Shown piece by piece: positions 34,430-43,276 of a stretch of 43,276 nucleotides of DNA. Each line of letters begins with the position of its first letter. Position 1 is the stretch's first letter. Below the pieces are notes generated by a model. That model was not told where the DNA came from. It ran no database searches and was given only the letters and a program-made list of their open reading frames with translations. This DNA is from Burkholderiaceae bacterium (GTDB taxonomy: Bacteria > Pseudomonadota > Gammaproteobacteria > Burkholderiales > Burkholderiaceae): contig CANBYN010000001.1 in the NCBI GenBank assembly GCA_947373615.1, forward strand, positions 1-43,276, read 5' to 3'. The position numbers and the translations under genes were made by a program.

Positions 34430-37102
34430 GTGGCAAAAGCACCCTCCAAAAGCACCTCAAAAACCTCATCCGTTGATCACCCCAAGGCACTCATCATTGC
34501 CGAGAAGCCGTCTGTTGCAAATGATATCGCCAAGGCTTTGGGTGGCTTTACCAAATACGAGGATTATTTTGAAAGCGACGACTTTGTTATTTCGTCCGCC
34601 GTTGGCCACCTTCTCGAAATTGCAGCGCCAGAGGAATATGACGTCAAACGCGGCAAATGGTCTTTTGCTAACCTGCCTGTTGTGCCGCCTTACTTTGATT
34701 TACGCCCCATTGTCAAAACTGAGTCGCGCTTAAAAGTTTTACAAAAACTGATTAAACGCAAAGATGTGACCTCACTCATTAATGCCTGTGATGCAGGACG
34801 AGAAGGTGAGTTAATTTTTCGGTTGATTGCACAACATGCAAAAGCTCCCCAATCTATTAAACGCTTATGGCTTCAGTCGATGACACCTGCAGCAATTCGT
34901 GATGGCTTTATTAACCTGCGCACTGACGAAGAAATGCAGCCCCTTTCAGATGCGGCGCGCTGTCGTTCTGAAGCAGACTGGTTAGTGGGGATCAATGGCA
35001 CTCGCGCAATGACTGCTTTCAATAGCAAGAGTGGCGGATTCTTTTTAACTACTGTTGGCCGTGTACAAACCCCGACTCTTTCCATAGTAGTGGAGCGTGA
35101 AGAGCTCATTCGCAAATTTGTATCCAAAGATTATTGGGAAGTAAGGGCCGAATTTATTGCTGCCGCAGGCCTTTATGAAGGTCGCTGGTTTGACCCCAAT
35201 TTTAAGAAAGATACTGCTGAGCCAGATGCGCGTGAGAATCGTCTCTGGAGTGAAGCTGCTGCTCTGAGTATTGTTGCGGCATGTCGAGGAAAGAAAGCTA
35301 CGGTTACCGAAGAGGCTAAACCAGCAACTCAGCTTGCGCCTCAACTATTTGATTTAACTAGTCTGCAACGCGAAGCCAATGCACGCTTTGGCTTTTCTGC
35401 AAAAAATACCCTAGGTCTTGCTCAAGCCCTCTATGAGCGCCATAAGGTCCTCACCTATCCTCGTACTGACGCTAAGGCCTTACCTGAGGACTACCTTGAT
35501 ACCGTTAAACAAACCATGGAAAACCTTGCTGATCATTCGCAAGACTATCGTACATTTGCCAAACAAATTTTGAATGGGGACCCAAAAGATTCAAAGACAA
35601 AGGCTGGTTATGGTTGGATTAAGCCTAATAAACGAATTTTTGATAACTCCAAAATTTCGGACCACTTTGCGATCATCCCCACTTTAGAAACACCAAAGAA
35701 TTTAAGTGAGCCAGAAGCCAAGCTCTATGATTTGGTTGTGCGACGATTCTTGGCAGTGTTTTATCCGGCAGCTGAATTCCGTGTAACTACCCGCATTACC
35801 GAAGCTTCTGGTCATCATTTCAAAACTGAGGGTCGCGTTCTTGTCAACCCTGGATGGCTGACCGTCTATGGTAGGTCCAATCAAGCTGACGATGAGTTGG
35901 TACCCGTGCAAGAAGGTGAAGCCGTTCAAACTGAATCTGTAGTTGCTGTGCCGTTAAAAACTAAACCACCTGCACGCTATACAGAAGCGACCCTACTTTC
36001 AGCAATGGAGAGTGCTGGCAAGTGGGTTGATGATGATGAAATGCGCGAAGCCATGGCTGAAAAAGGTTTAGGCACACCTGCGACACGCGCAGCAATTATT
36101 GAAGGCTTGCTTGCTGAGAAATATATGGTTCGCGAAGCACGTGAGTTGATTCCGACTGCCAAAGCCTTCCAACTTATGACTCTTTTGCGAGGATTAGACG
36201 TAGAAGAGTTAACTCGCCCCGATTTAACGGGCAACTGGGAAAATAAGTTATCGCTCATTGAGCAGGGCAAGATGAATCGCGACACCTTCATGCAAGAAAT
36301 TGCACAGATGACGCAGCGCATTGTTAAGCGCGCCAAAGAATATGACAGCGATACGATTCCTGGTGACTACGCAACAATGTCAACGCCATGCCCGCACTGT
36401 AAAGGCCCAGTAAAAGAAAACTACCGTCGCTTTGCGTGTGAAAAGTGCGGCTTTACGATTAGCAAAACTCCAGGTGGCCGCGCTTTTGAATATCCTGAAG
36501 TCGAAGAATTATTGCGTGAAAAAACAATCGGGCCTCTCCAAGGGTTCCGCAGCAAAATGGGTCGACCATTTGCCGCCATTATTAAGTTAAGCGAAATTCC
36601 CGAGGATGATGCTGATTATCCAAATGCAGGTTTCAAGCTTGAATTTGATTTTGGTAATACTCAAGATGATGAAACTGAAGCTATCGATTTCACAGGACGA
36701 CTAGCTCTAGGTGTTTGCCCAAAATGTTCTGGTGCAGTTTATGAAGATGGCATGCGCTACGTTTGTGAGCGCAATACTGGGCCAACTAAATCATGCGACT
36801 TCAAAACTGGCAAAGTGGTTTTACAGCAAGAAATTTCCCAAGAGCAAGTTCAAAAATTGTTGAAAGAAGGCAAGACTGATCTTCTCACCAACTTTAAATC
36901 TAACCGAACTGGTCGTGGCTTTAAAGCCTATCTTGCTTTGGGATCTGACGGAAAAATTGGCTTTGAGTTTGAAGCTAAAGCCCCCAAAGCTGCGGGTGCA
37001 GCCAAGGATCCTGCGAAGAAGCGGGCTGGCGCAAGTGCAGCTAGTAAGTCGGTCGCAAAGCCTAAGCGCGCAAGTAAAGCGAAATCATCCGAAAGTAGCT
37101 GA
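34430..37102 (+). CDS. topB: Type IA DNA topoisomerase (topoisomerase III family) with C-terminal Zn-ribbon/repeats and K/A-rich tail
   Basis: IAEKPSVA, DAGREGE, GRVQTPTL, TYPRTD catalytic Tyr, GLGTPATRA. Confidence 0.93.
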   Translation: MAKAPSKSTSKTSSVDHPKALIIAEKPSVANDIAKALGGFTKYEDYFESDDFVISSAVGHLLEIAAPEEYDVKRGKWSFANLPVVPPYFDLRPIVKTESRLKVLQKLIKRKDVTSLINACDAGREGELIFRLIAQHAKAPQSIKRLWLQSMTPAAIRDGFINLRTDEEMQPLSDAARCRSEADWLVGINGTRAMTAFNSKSGGFFLTTVGRVQTPTLSIVVEREELIRKFVSKDYWEVRAEFIAAAGLYEGRWFDPNFKKDTAEPDARENRLWSEAAALSIVAACRGKKATVTEEAKPATQLAPQLFDLTSLQREANARFGFSAKNTLGLAQALYERHKVLTYPRTDAKALPEDYLDTVKQTMENLADHSQDYRTFAKQILNGDPKDSKTKAGYGWIKPNKRIFDNSKISDHFAIIPTLETPKNLSEPEAKLYDLVVRRFLAVFYPAAEFRVTTRITEASGHHFKTEGRVLVNPGWLTVYGRSNQADDELVPVQEGEAVQTESVVAVPLKTKPPARYTEATLLSAMESAGKWVDDDEMREAMAEKGLGTPATRAAIIEGLLAEKYMVREARELIPTAKAFQLMTLLRGLDVEELTRPDLTGNWENKLSLIEQGKMNRDTFMQEIAQMTQRIVKRAKEYDSDTIPGDYATMSTPCPHCKGPVKENYRRFACEKCGFTISKTPGGRAFEYPEVEELLREKTIGPLQGFRSKMGRPFAAIIKLSEIPEDDADYPNAGFKLEFDFGNTQDDETEAIDFTGRLALGVCPKCSGAVYEDGMRYVCERNTGPTKSCDFKTGKVVLQQEISQEQVQKLLKEGKTDLLTNFKSNRTGRGFKAYLALGSDGKIGFEFEAKAPKAAGAAKDPAKKRAGASAASKSVAKPKRASKAKSSESS

Positions 37103-38163
37103 GCTGCAATTAGCTTTGCTGCTAAGGCTGACCAAAGCACACCTCTCGAGCCAAGAGCTGTAGCCAAGAAGATTCCTGGGCGTTGAGTTAGTGCGCCGAT
37201 GATTGGCAGACGGTCTCCTGCCACGCAACGTACGCCCACAAATTCACCTTCTTGAATTAATCCGCGAGGATCACCTTCTAAATAATCAACTAAACCCTGG
37301 GCCTGAGCGCGATTAAATTCATCACTTTCATTTCTGGGCGCAAGATCATCTTCGCCCTCATCAAAGCTTGAGCCAACAATCCAGCGACAGCTTCCATCTT
37401 CTAATAAATCCGCAGGCAGGCAATAGCCGTCCCCGGAGATTCCCACCCGAGGTAATTTTTCTAACCAAGCATCATTGGCTTTGATAGAGAAAATACTGAG
37501 TTGCCCCCTCACTGGTTTTAATGGCAAACGAATGCCAATGCTACTCATCAAAGCTTTGCTTTCCATCGCAGCAGCTATAACTACTTTGTTTGCAGAAAGG
37601 ATGGGTTCATTGGTTTCGTTATAAAGATGCCATACGCCCTTACTTTCTTCAAGCCGAGTAATGCGCGTATTCCAACGGCAAGTTAGGCGTTCATGGATTT
37701 GTAAAAGTGCGTTACTGGTCTCAAATAAATTTAAGGATGCACCTCGCGGCAACCACACACCACTTTGCTTTATGCCGCAAATTTTTTCAGCCTCTGATGC
37801 ATCCAAAGGTAATGCCATTTCTTGATCAAGACTGAGAGAAGATAAGTGCTGCATAAGCTCTAGGCGATCAAACGCTCTACCTCTTTTCGTGGGCTGAAAT
37901 ATGCCATGACGCCTCCAAACCTGGCCCCATCTAGTTTCAGCCATTAAAAAGGCGATTCGCGTTAATCGCAATAAACGAGGGGAGCCCTTCCCAATATGAG
38001 GATGGGCAATAGCATATGCATGACTAGAACAAGCGGTTGCAGGGGCGGGTGCTGCATCGACAATGCAAACTGATTTGCCGCGCTCGACCAACTCATTAGC
38101 AATGGTTGCGCCACAAATTCCTGCCCCAATCACCACGATTTCATGGTGTTGGGGGTTGGTCAT
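36928..38163 (-). CDS. FAD-dependent oxidoreductase, MnmC C-terminal (cmnm5s2U34 oxidoreductase)-like, stand-alone
   Basis: VIGAGICG Rossmann motif, PVRGQLS, VRC...DRLPIIG, LGSRG, LAPARF. Confidence 0.8.
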   Translation of the reverse strand: MTNPQHHEIVVIGAGICGATIANELVERGKSVCIVDAAPAPATACSSHAYAIAHPHIGKGSPRLLRLTRIAFLMAETRWGQVWRRHGIFQPTKRGRAFDRLELMQHLSSLSLDQEMALPLDASEAEKICGIKQSGVWLPRGASLNLFETSNALLQIHERLTCRWNTRITRLEESKGVWHLYNETNEPILSANKVVIAAAMESKALMSSIGIRLPLKPVRGQLSIFSIKANDAWLEKLPRVGISGDGYCLPADLLEDGSCRWIVGSSFDEGEDDLAPRNESDEFNRAQAQGLVDYLEGDPRGLIQEGEFVGVRCVAGDRLPIIGALTQRPGIFLATALGSRGVLWSALAAKLIAAQLLSDDFALLARLGFATDLLAALAPARFFAGSLAAPAALGALASNSKPIFPSDPKAR

Positions 38164-38208
38164 TTAATAAGTCTAGATAAAGGTGATGCGTATGATGTTG
38201 CTATACGC

Positions 38209-40086
38209 TTAGGCATTTAAGCGTTGTTCGATCTTCGTGCGAGTCTCTTTCAACTCTTTAGGCAAACGCTCGCCAAGATGCTCAAACAATTCTGTATGTA
38301 ACTTTAGTTCATTCTTCCAGTCATCAATTCCAACGGTGATAGCTTTGGTGAATTTCTCTGCTGAATAGTCGAGTCCACCCCAATCCATATCGCTATACTC
38401 TGGAGTAATCCCAAACGGTGTTTCTTTCCCACTTGCTTTGCCTTCGGCGCGGTTCAGAATCCATGAAAGAACGCGCATGTTTTCACCAAACCCTGGCCAG
38501 ACAAACTTGCCATTTTCATCTTTGCGGAACCAGTTCACACAATAGATCTTCGGCAATATCGCGCCCTCGGCTTCAAGTTTCTTGCCAATATTGAGCCAAT
38601 GTTGGAAGTAGTCGCTCATGTTGTAACCAGCAAATGCGATCATCGCAAATGGGTCACGACGAACTACGCCAATTTGACCGGTAATAGCTGCAGTAGTTTC
38701 TGAGCCCAAAGTTGCAGCCATATAAACACCCTCAACCCAGTCACGCGCCTCACTAACTAAAGGAACGGTGTTAGAGCGACGACCACCAAACAAGAATGCA
38801 TCAATTGGAACACCTGCAGGATCGTCCCAATTAGGGTCGACAGCCGGGTTATTAGTTGCAGCCACTGTGAAGCGTGAATTTGGATGAGCAGCTTTGCGAC
38901 CGGCAGCACCATCAGAAGGAGTCCAATCTTTCCCTTGCCAGTCAATCAAATGCGCTGGCGGCGTTTCTGTCAAATCTTCCCACCAAACATCACCATCATC
39001 AGTTAAGGCAACGTTGGTGAAGATAACGTCTTGGTTAAGGGAGTCCATACAATTTTGATTGGTTTGACGGTTTGTACCAGGAGCGACGCCGAAGTAACCG
39101 GATTCTGGATTAATTGCAAACAAACGGGTTTTGCCAGAGACTGGATCTTTACGTGGCTTAATCCACGCAATGTCATCACCAATAGTGGTAACTTTCCATC
39201 CATCAAATCCTTTTGGAGGAATCATCATGGAGAAGTTGGTTTTGCCACAGGCAGATGGGAATGCTGCAGCGATGTGATATTTCTTGCCTTCAGGAGAAGT
39301 TACGCCCAAGATCAACATGTGTTCTGCTAACCATCCTTGATCGCGACCCATATTGGATGCAATACGCAAGGCAAAACATTTTTTTCCCAACAATGCGTTG
39401 CCGCCGTAACCAGAACCATATGACCATATTTCACGAGTCTCTGGATAGTGAACAATATATTTGTTCTTATTATTAGGCCAAGCAACGTCCTTTTCGCCAG
39501 CAGCTAAAGGTTTGCCAACAGTGTGAATGCAAGGCACAAACTCTCCATCTGCGCCTAGTTGATCGATAACCGCCTTACCCATACGAGTCATAAGGCGCAT
39601 ATTGATTGCAACATAGGGACTGTCAGATATCTCAACGCCAATGTGTGCAATTGGTGAGCCAATAGGGCCCATTGAGAAGGGCACCACATACATTGTTCTT
39701 CCGCGCATGCAACCATCAAACAAAGGTTTTAGTGTTGCGCGCATTTCATTTGGCTCAACCCAATTATTAGTGGGGCCGGCGTCTTCTTTTTTTGCAGAAC
39801 AAATAAAGGTGCGGTCTTCAACACGAGCCACATCTTCAGGATCTGAAAGTGCTAAAAATGAATTTTTTCGCTTAGCAGGATTTAAGCGTTTGAATACGCC
39901 CGCCTTTACCAAAAGTTCGCAAAACTCATCATATTCAGCTTGAGAACCATCACACCAGCGAATCGTATCTGGTTTTGTTAGGGCTGCAACTTCGCCAACC
40001 CATTCAATTAATTGCTTATTTTTTACATAAGCTGGCGCATTTACATTGATATGGCCGTTACCAGTTGAAGTCATATATTTCCCCAT
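38209..40086 (-). CDS. pckG: Phosphoenolpyruvate carboxykinase (GTP)
   Basis: [41 protein letters not shown]. Confidence 0.96.
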   Translation of the reverse strand: MGKYMTSTGNGHINVNAPAYVKNKQLIEWVGEVAALTKPDTIRWCDGSQAEYDEFCELLVKAGVFKRLNPAKRKNSFLALSDPEDVARVEDRTFICSAKKEDAGPTNNWVEPNEMRATLKPLFDGCMRGRTMYVVPFSMGPIGSPIAHIGVEISDSPYVAINMRLMTRMGKAVIDQLGADGEFVPCIHTVGKPLAAGEKDVAWPNNKNKYIVHYPETREIWSYGSGYGGNALLGKKCFALRIASNMGRDQGWLAEHMLILGVTSPEGKKYHIAAAFPSACGKTNFSMMIPPKGFDGWKVTTIGDDIAWIKPRKDPVSGKTRLFAINPESGYFGVAPGTNRQTNQNCMDSLNQDVIFTNVALTDDGDVWWEDLTETPPAHLIDWQGKDWTPSDGAAGRKAAHPNSRFTVAATNNPAVDPNWDDPAGVPIDAFLFGGRRSNTVPLVSEARDWVEGVYMAATLGSETTAAITGQIGVVRRDPFAMIAFAGYNMSDYFQHWLNIGKKLEAEGAILPKIYCVNWFRKDENGKFVWPGFGENMRVLSWILNRAEGKASGKETPFGITPEYSDMDWGGLDYSAEKFTKAITVGIDDWKNELKLHTELFEHLGERLPKELKETRTKIEQRLNA

Positions 40087-40164
40087 GAAAATTGAATTTT
40101 TTAATCCATAAATTTTAACATTTTGGTCATATTGGGGGCGTAGGCCTAGACCCGAACAAACCCT

Positions 40165-41535
40165 TTATTTACCAATACAAAATTGACTAAAGATTTTTCC
40201 CAAAAGGTCATCGGGAAGTAGTTTTCCCGTGATTTGGCCTAGGTAATTTTGGGATAAAGTGAGCTCTTCAGCAAATAACTCAAGGGAATTGTTGCCATTT
40301 GCAGCAAATTGCTCTGATTTTTCAATATGCTCAGCTGCACGCTCTAGGCAGTCTAGATGCCTTCTGCGCGCCACAATAGCACCTTCTTGTGACCCACCCC
40401 ACCCAGCAACTTCAAGGATTTTTTGTTTGAGGGCGTCGATCCCGGCCCCCGTTTTAGCAGAAATCAAAAGCACATCTCCAGCGGCAATTTTTGAGTGGCC
40501 CCCAAGCAAGTCCGATTTATTGATAACCTCTAAAATGGGGCACTTTGTTGGAATTTGCGCCAAAATTTGGGTTTTTAGCCCTTCAGGCGTCGAATTAGAG
40601 TCTGACAAAAAAATCACTAGATCTGCCAAGCGAATGGCATCCCATGATCTTTCAATTCCTTTTGCCTCAACAACATCGCTGGTTTCCCGCAAGCCTGCCG
40701 TATCAATGATGTGCATAGGCACTCCATCAATGGTGATGCTTTCCTTGACTCGATCCCTAGTGGTGCCAGCAATGGGGGTCACGATTGCAACCTCTTCACC
40801 TGCAAGACGATTTAATAATGAGCTCTTGCCAACATTAGGTGCACCAGCTAATACCAGTTGAATGCCATCACGCAAAATTTTTCCCTGTTTAGCCCCCTCT
40901 CGTAAAGCACCGAGTTTTCTCTTAATTGCACTCAAATGTTCTTGAGCATGTGCATTTTCTAAAAACTCAATCTCTTCCTCTGGGAAATCTAATGTCGATT
41001 CAACCAAGATCCGTAGTTGCGTAATTTCTTCAATAAGTTCATTGATGTCATCCGAGAATGCGCCCTGCAAAGAGCGTGCCGCCCCACGGACCGCAGCCTC
41101 ACTTTGCGCATCAATCAAATCCGCTATAGCTTCTGCTTGAGCCAAATCAATCTTATTATTGAGATAGGCGCGAAGTGTAAATTCACCAGGCTCAGCAATT
41201 ACTAAGCCCTCGTCTTTACCCAACTCAAGGCAACGTTTCATCACCAACTCAAGGAGATGCGGACCACCGTGACACTGAAGCTCTAAAACATCTTCACCAG
41301 TAAAAGAGGCGGGCGCGACAAACTGGATAGCAATGAGCTGATCAATGGCACGACCTTCAATATCACGCAAGGTTAATAGGCTTGCTTGTCGTGGAGAAAG
41401 GGGGGTTTGAAACAGCGCATTAGTAATTGCACTTAGGTTTTGTCCGCTGATGCGGATCACGCCAACCCCTGCCTTGCCAGGAGCAGTGGCAACAGCAATG
41501 ATGGGTAACTTTCTAGTCATCATTGCTGTCTGCAT
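40165..41535 (-). CDS. mnmE: tRNA modification GTPase MnmE
   Basis: SFTGEDV.E..CHGG, GAPNVGKSS, GTTRD, DTAG, NKSD, C-terminal FCIGK. Confidence 0.97.
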   Translation of the reverse strand: MQTAMMTRKLPIIAVATAPGKAGVGVIRISGQNLSAITNALFQTPLSPRQASLLTLRDIEGRAIDQLIAIQFVAPASFTGEDVLELQCHGGPHLLELVMKRCLELGKDEGLVIAEPGEFTLRAYLNNKIDLAQAEAIADLIDAQSEAAVRGAARSLQGAFSDDINELIEEITQLRILVESTLDFPEEEIEFLENAHAQEHLSAIKRKLGALREGAKQGKILRDGIQLVLAGAPNVGKSSLLNRLAGEEVAIVTPIAGTTRDRVKESITIDGVPMHIIDTAGLRETSDVVEAKGIERSWDAIRLADLVIFLSDSNSTPEGLKTQILAQIPTKCPILEVINKSDLLGGHSKIAAGDVLLISAKTGAGIDALKQKILEVAGWGGSQEGAIVARRRHLDCLERAAEHIEKSEQFAANGNNSLELFAEELTLSQNYLGQITGKLLPDDLLGKIFSQFCIGK

Positions 41536-41561
41536 TTTAGGGTTCTTATGCCACGTATAAA

Positions 41562-43241
41562 TTACTTGGTGGACTTTTTCCCAAACAATTTATTGATCTG
41601 CCACTGTTGGGCGATTGATAACAGGTTGTTGACCACCCAATAAAGCACCAAACCAGCAGGAAAGAAGAAGAACATAATCGAGAAAACGATTGGCATGTAC
41701 ATCATCACCTTGGCCTGAATTGGATCTGGTGGGGTTGGGTTTAACTTAGTTTGCACAAACATCGAGACCGCCATAATGACCGGCAAGATATAGTAAGGAT
41801 CTGGAACTGATAGGTCATGAATCCACAAAATCCATGGAGCACCGCGCATTTCCACAGAAGATAGCAATACCCAATACAAAGAAATGAATACTGGGATCTG
41901 AATAACCACTGGCAGACATCCCCCCAATGGGTTGATCTTCTCTTTGCGGTACATCTCCATCATTGCTTGGTTTAGCTTTTGTGGCTCACCCTTGAATTGC
42001 TCTTTCATAACTGCCAAGCGTGGCTGAACCTCTTTCATGCGGGCCATTGACTTGTAGCTTGCTGCCGACAGCGGAAAGAAGACTAGCTTAATCAAAATCG
42101 TTAGAAGAATAATCGACCATCCCCAATTTCCAATATACCCGTGGATTTTTTCTAACAACCAAAAAATTGGTTTAGCCAAAATAGTGAGGTAGCCGTAGTC
42201 TTTTAATAACTCAAATCCAGGCGCAATCGTCTCTAAAACTTTTTCTTCCTGAGGGCCAACAAAGAGTCTCGCCTTTTCTACAACCGTGACCCCGGGCGCC
42301 ACTATCCCAAGGGGTGTTTGCATACCAATGCGATATAAACCGTTGTCAATTTTGCCAGCATAAATGTCTCGAGCAACCTTATCACCAGGAATCCATGCGC
42401 TTGCAAAGTAATGCTGAACCATCGCAATCCAGGCGGGATCGCCTGCGGGTACCTGAGTGGGTATGGTGATCTTGTTTTTATCAATTGCCGTGAATTCCAA
42501 CTTATTAAACTTCTCTTTGTTGGTATAGGCCGCAGGGCCTGTAAAGGTGCTGGCTGAGAAAGCACCGCCAAATGGGCCGATTTTTTGCTCTTGTGTGGAG
42601 TCGCGAACAATCTCTGTATAAAGCACCAACGGGGATGCGTTTGTACTTGATTGAGAAATACGGTGACCAACATCAACAACGTAACTTCCCGGGTTAAGAA
42701 TGAATGTTTTTTCTAACTTAACGCCATTGCGCTCACTAACAAAAGTGGCAAATGGTCTGCCTGAACCGTCTTTTCCAGACTGGGCAAGTTTAAAGGTGCT
42801 GGTGTGATTGGGAAGATCGGCATTGCCCAACGAGATCAGGCCAGAGCGAGCAAAATATTTATGGTTCGGGGTGTATTGAAATAGCTCAACAGGTTTTTGT
42901 TCTGCAGTCAGCGCTTTCAATAGTTGTGCATCGATGACGTTTGCACCGCTTGCGCTTATTTCCAAGACCAATACATCGTTTTGTAAAACAAATTTTTCGG
43001 CGCTTTCTATGGTGCCGTTATTTGCTACTGGGGTTGTTGATACACCTGTTGCGCCAGATATTTGCACAGGTACATCTACTTTATTGCTTGCAACAGTCGT
43101 ATCTGTGGCAGTGGGTGTGCTTGCAGGAGTGCCGCCAAATAAAGATGGTTTGCCCTCATGAACCTGCCAATTGTTAAAGAGCATGAGACCCGACAACGAG
43201 AATACAGCCCAAAGAATTGTTTTTTTAAAGTCCATTTGCAT
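41562..43241 (-). CDS. yidC: Membrane protein insertase YidC
   Basis: Large periplasmic domain, DYG, GNWGWSII, NPLGGCLP, PAGLVLYW..NN. Confidence 0.97.
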   Translation of the reverse strand: MQMDFKKTILWAVFSLSGLMLFNNWQVHEGKPSLFGGTPASTPTATDTTVASNKVDVPVQISGATGVSTTPVANNGTIESAEKFVLQNDVLVLEISASGANVIDAQLLKALTAEQKPVELFQYTPNHKYFARSGLISLGNADLPNHTSTFKLAQSGKDGSGRPFATFVSERNGVKLEKTFILNPGSYVVDVGHRISQSSTNASPLVLYTEIVRDSTQEQKIGPFGGAFSASTFTGPAAYTNKEKFNKLEFTAIDKNKITIPTQVPAGDPAWIAMVQHYFASAWIPGDKVARDIYAGKIDNGLYRIGMQTPLGIVAPGVTVVEKARLFVGPQEEKVLETIAPGFELLKDYGYLTILAKPIFWLLEKIHGYIGNWGWSIILLTILIKLVFFPLSAASYKSMARMKEVQPRLAVMKEQFKGEPQKLNQAMMEMYRKEKINPLGGCLPVVIQIPVFISLYWVLLSSVEMRGAPWILWIHDLSVPDPYYILPVIMAVSMFVQTKLNPTPPDPIQAKVMMYMPIVFSIMFFFFPAGLVLYWVVNNLLSIAQQWQINKLFGKKSTK

Positions 43242-43276
43242 TCACTTAAGTGTTAATGAGATGTTTGTTTTACCGC

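Noticed and set aside
40259-40861. 200-aa antisense ORF within mnmE, and similar shadow ORFs such as 30216-30803, 7703-8095 and 25732-26151
   Set aside because: Fully antisense to conserved genes and without family motifs; expected by-products of codon structure.

Overview
Betaproteobacterial chromosome segment; gene content and protein sequences look like Polynucleobacter (Burkholderiaceae). It probably lies near oriC, since yidC-mnmE are at the right end. Core genes flank the window: rodA, HU, lpxO, can, lpxL, dctA and prfC on the left; NtrYX-like two-component system, rsmB, htpX, fmt, def, topB, mnmC-like, pckG, mnmE and yidC on the right. The main discovery is at about 16.4-24.0 kb. Downstream of a tRNA-Phe(GAA) gene on the minus strand lies an integron-like tandem array of 1-3-gene cassettes, all co-oriented with the tRNA, with no integrase in the window. 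The cassettes are separated by eight copies of a ~80-bp composite site: a non-tRNA arm (consensus TAGGATTAGGCATCC..GGCCC), then the tRNA T-loop/3' end, then a terminator arm. Similarity to the tRNA decays steadily with distance from it. In four copies the arm's TAG is the stop codon of the cargo gene, and 9 of 11 cargo genes end in TAG versus 3 of 33 flanking genes. Other observations: a tandem glycine riboswitch with no recognisable glycine gene behind it, a prfC lacking a canonical start codon (probable ATT start), an eroded dprA pseudogene missing from the ORF track, a frameshifted VOC gene, a MarR operator pair, and a 175-bp convergent topB/mnmC overlap. All alignments and counts were done by eye; no database searches were run.
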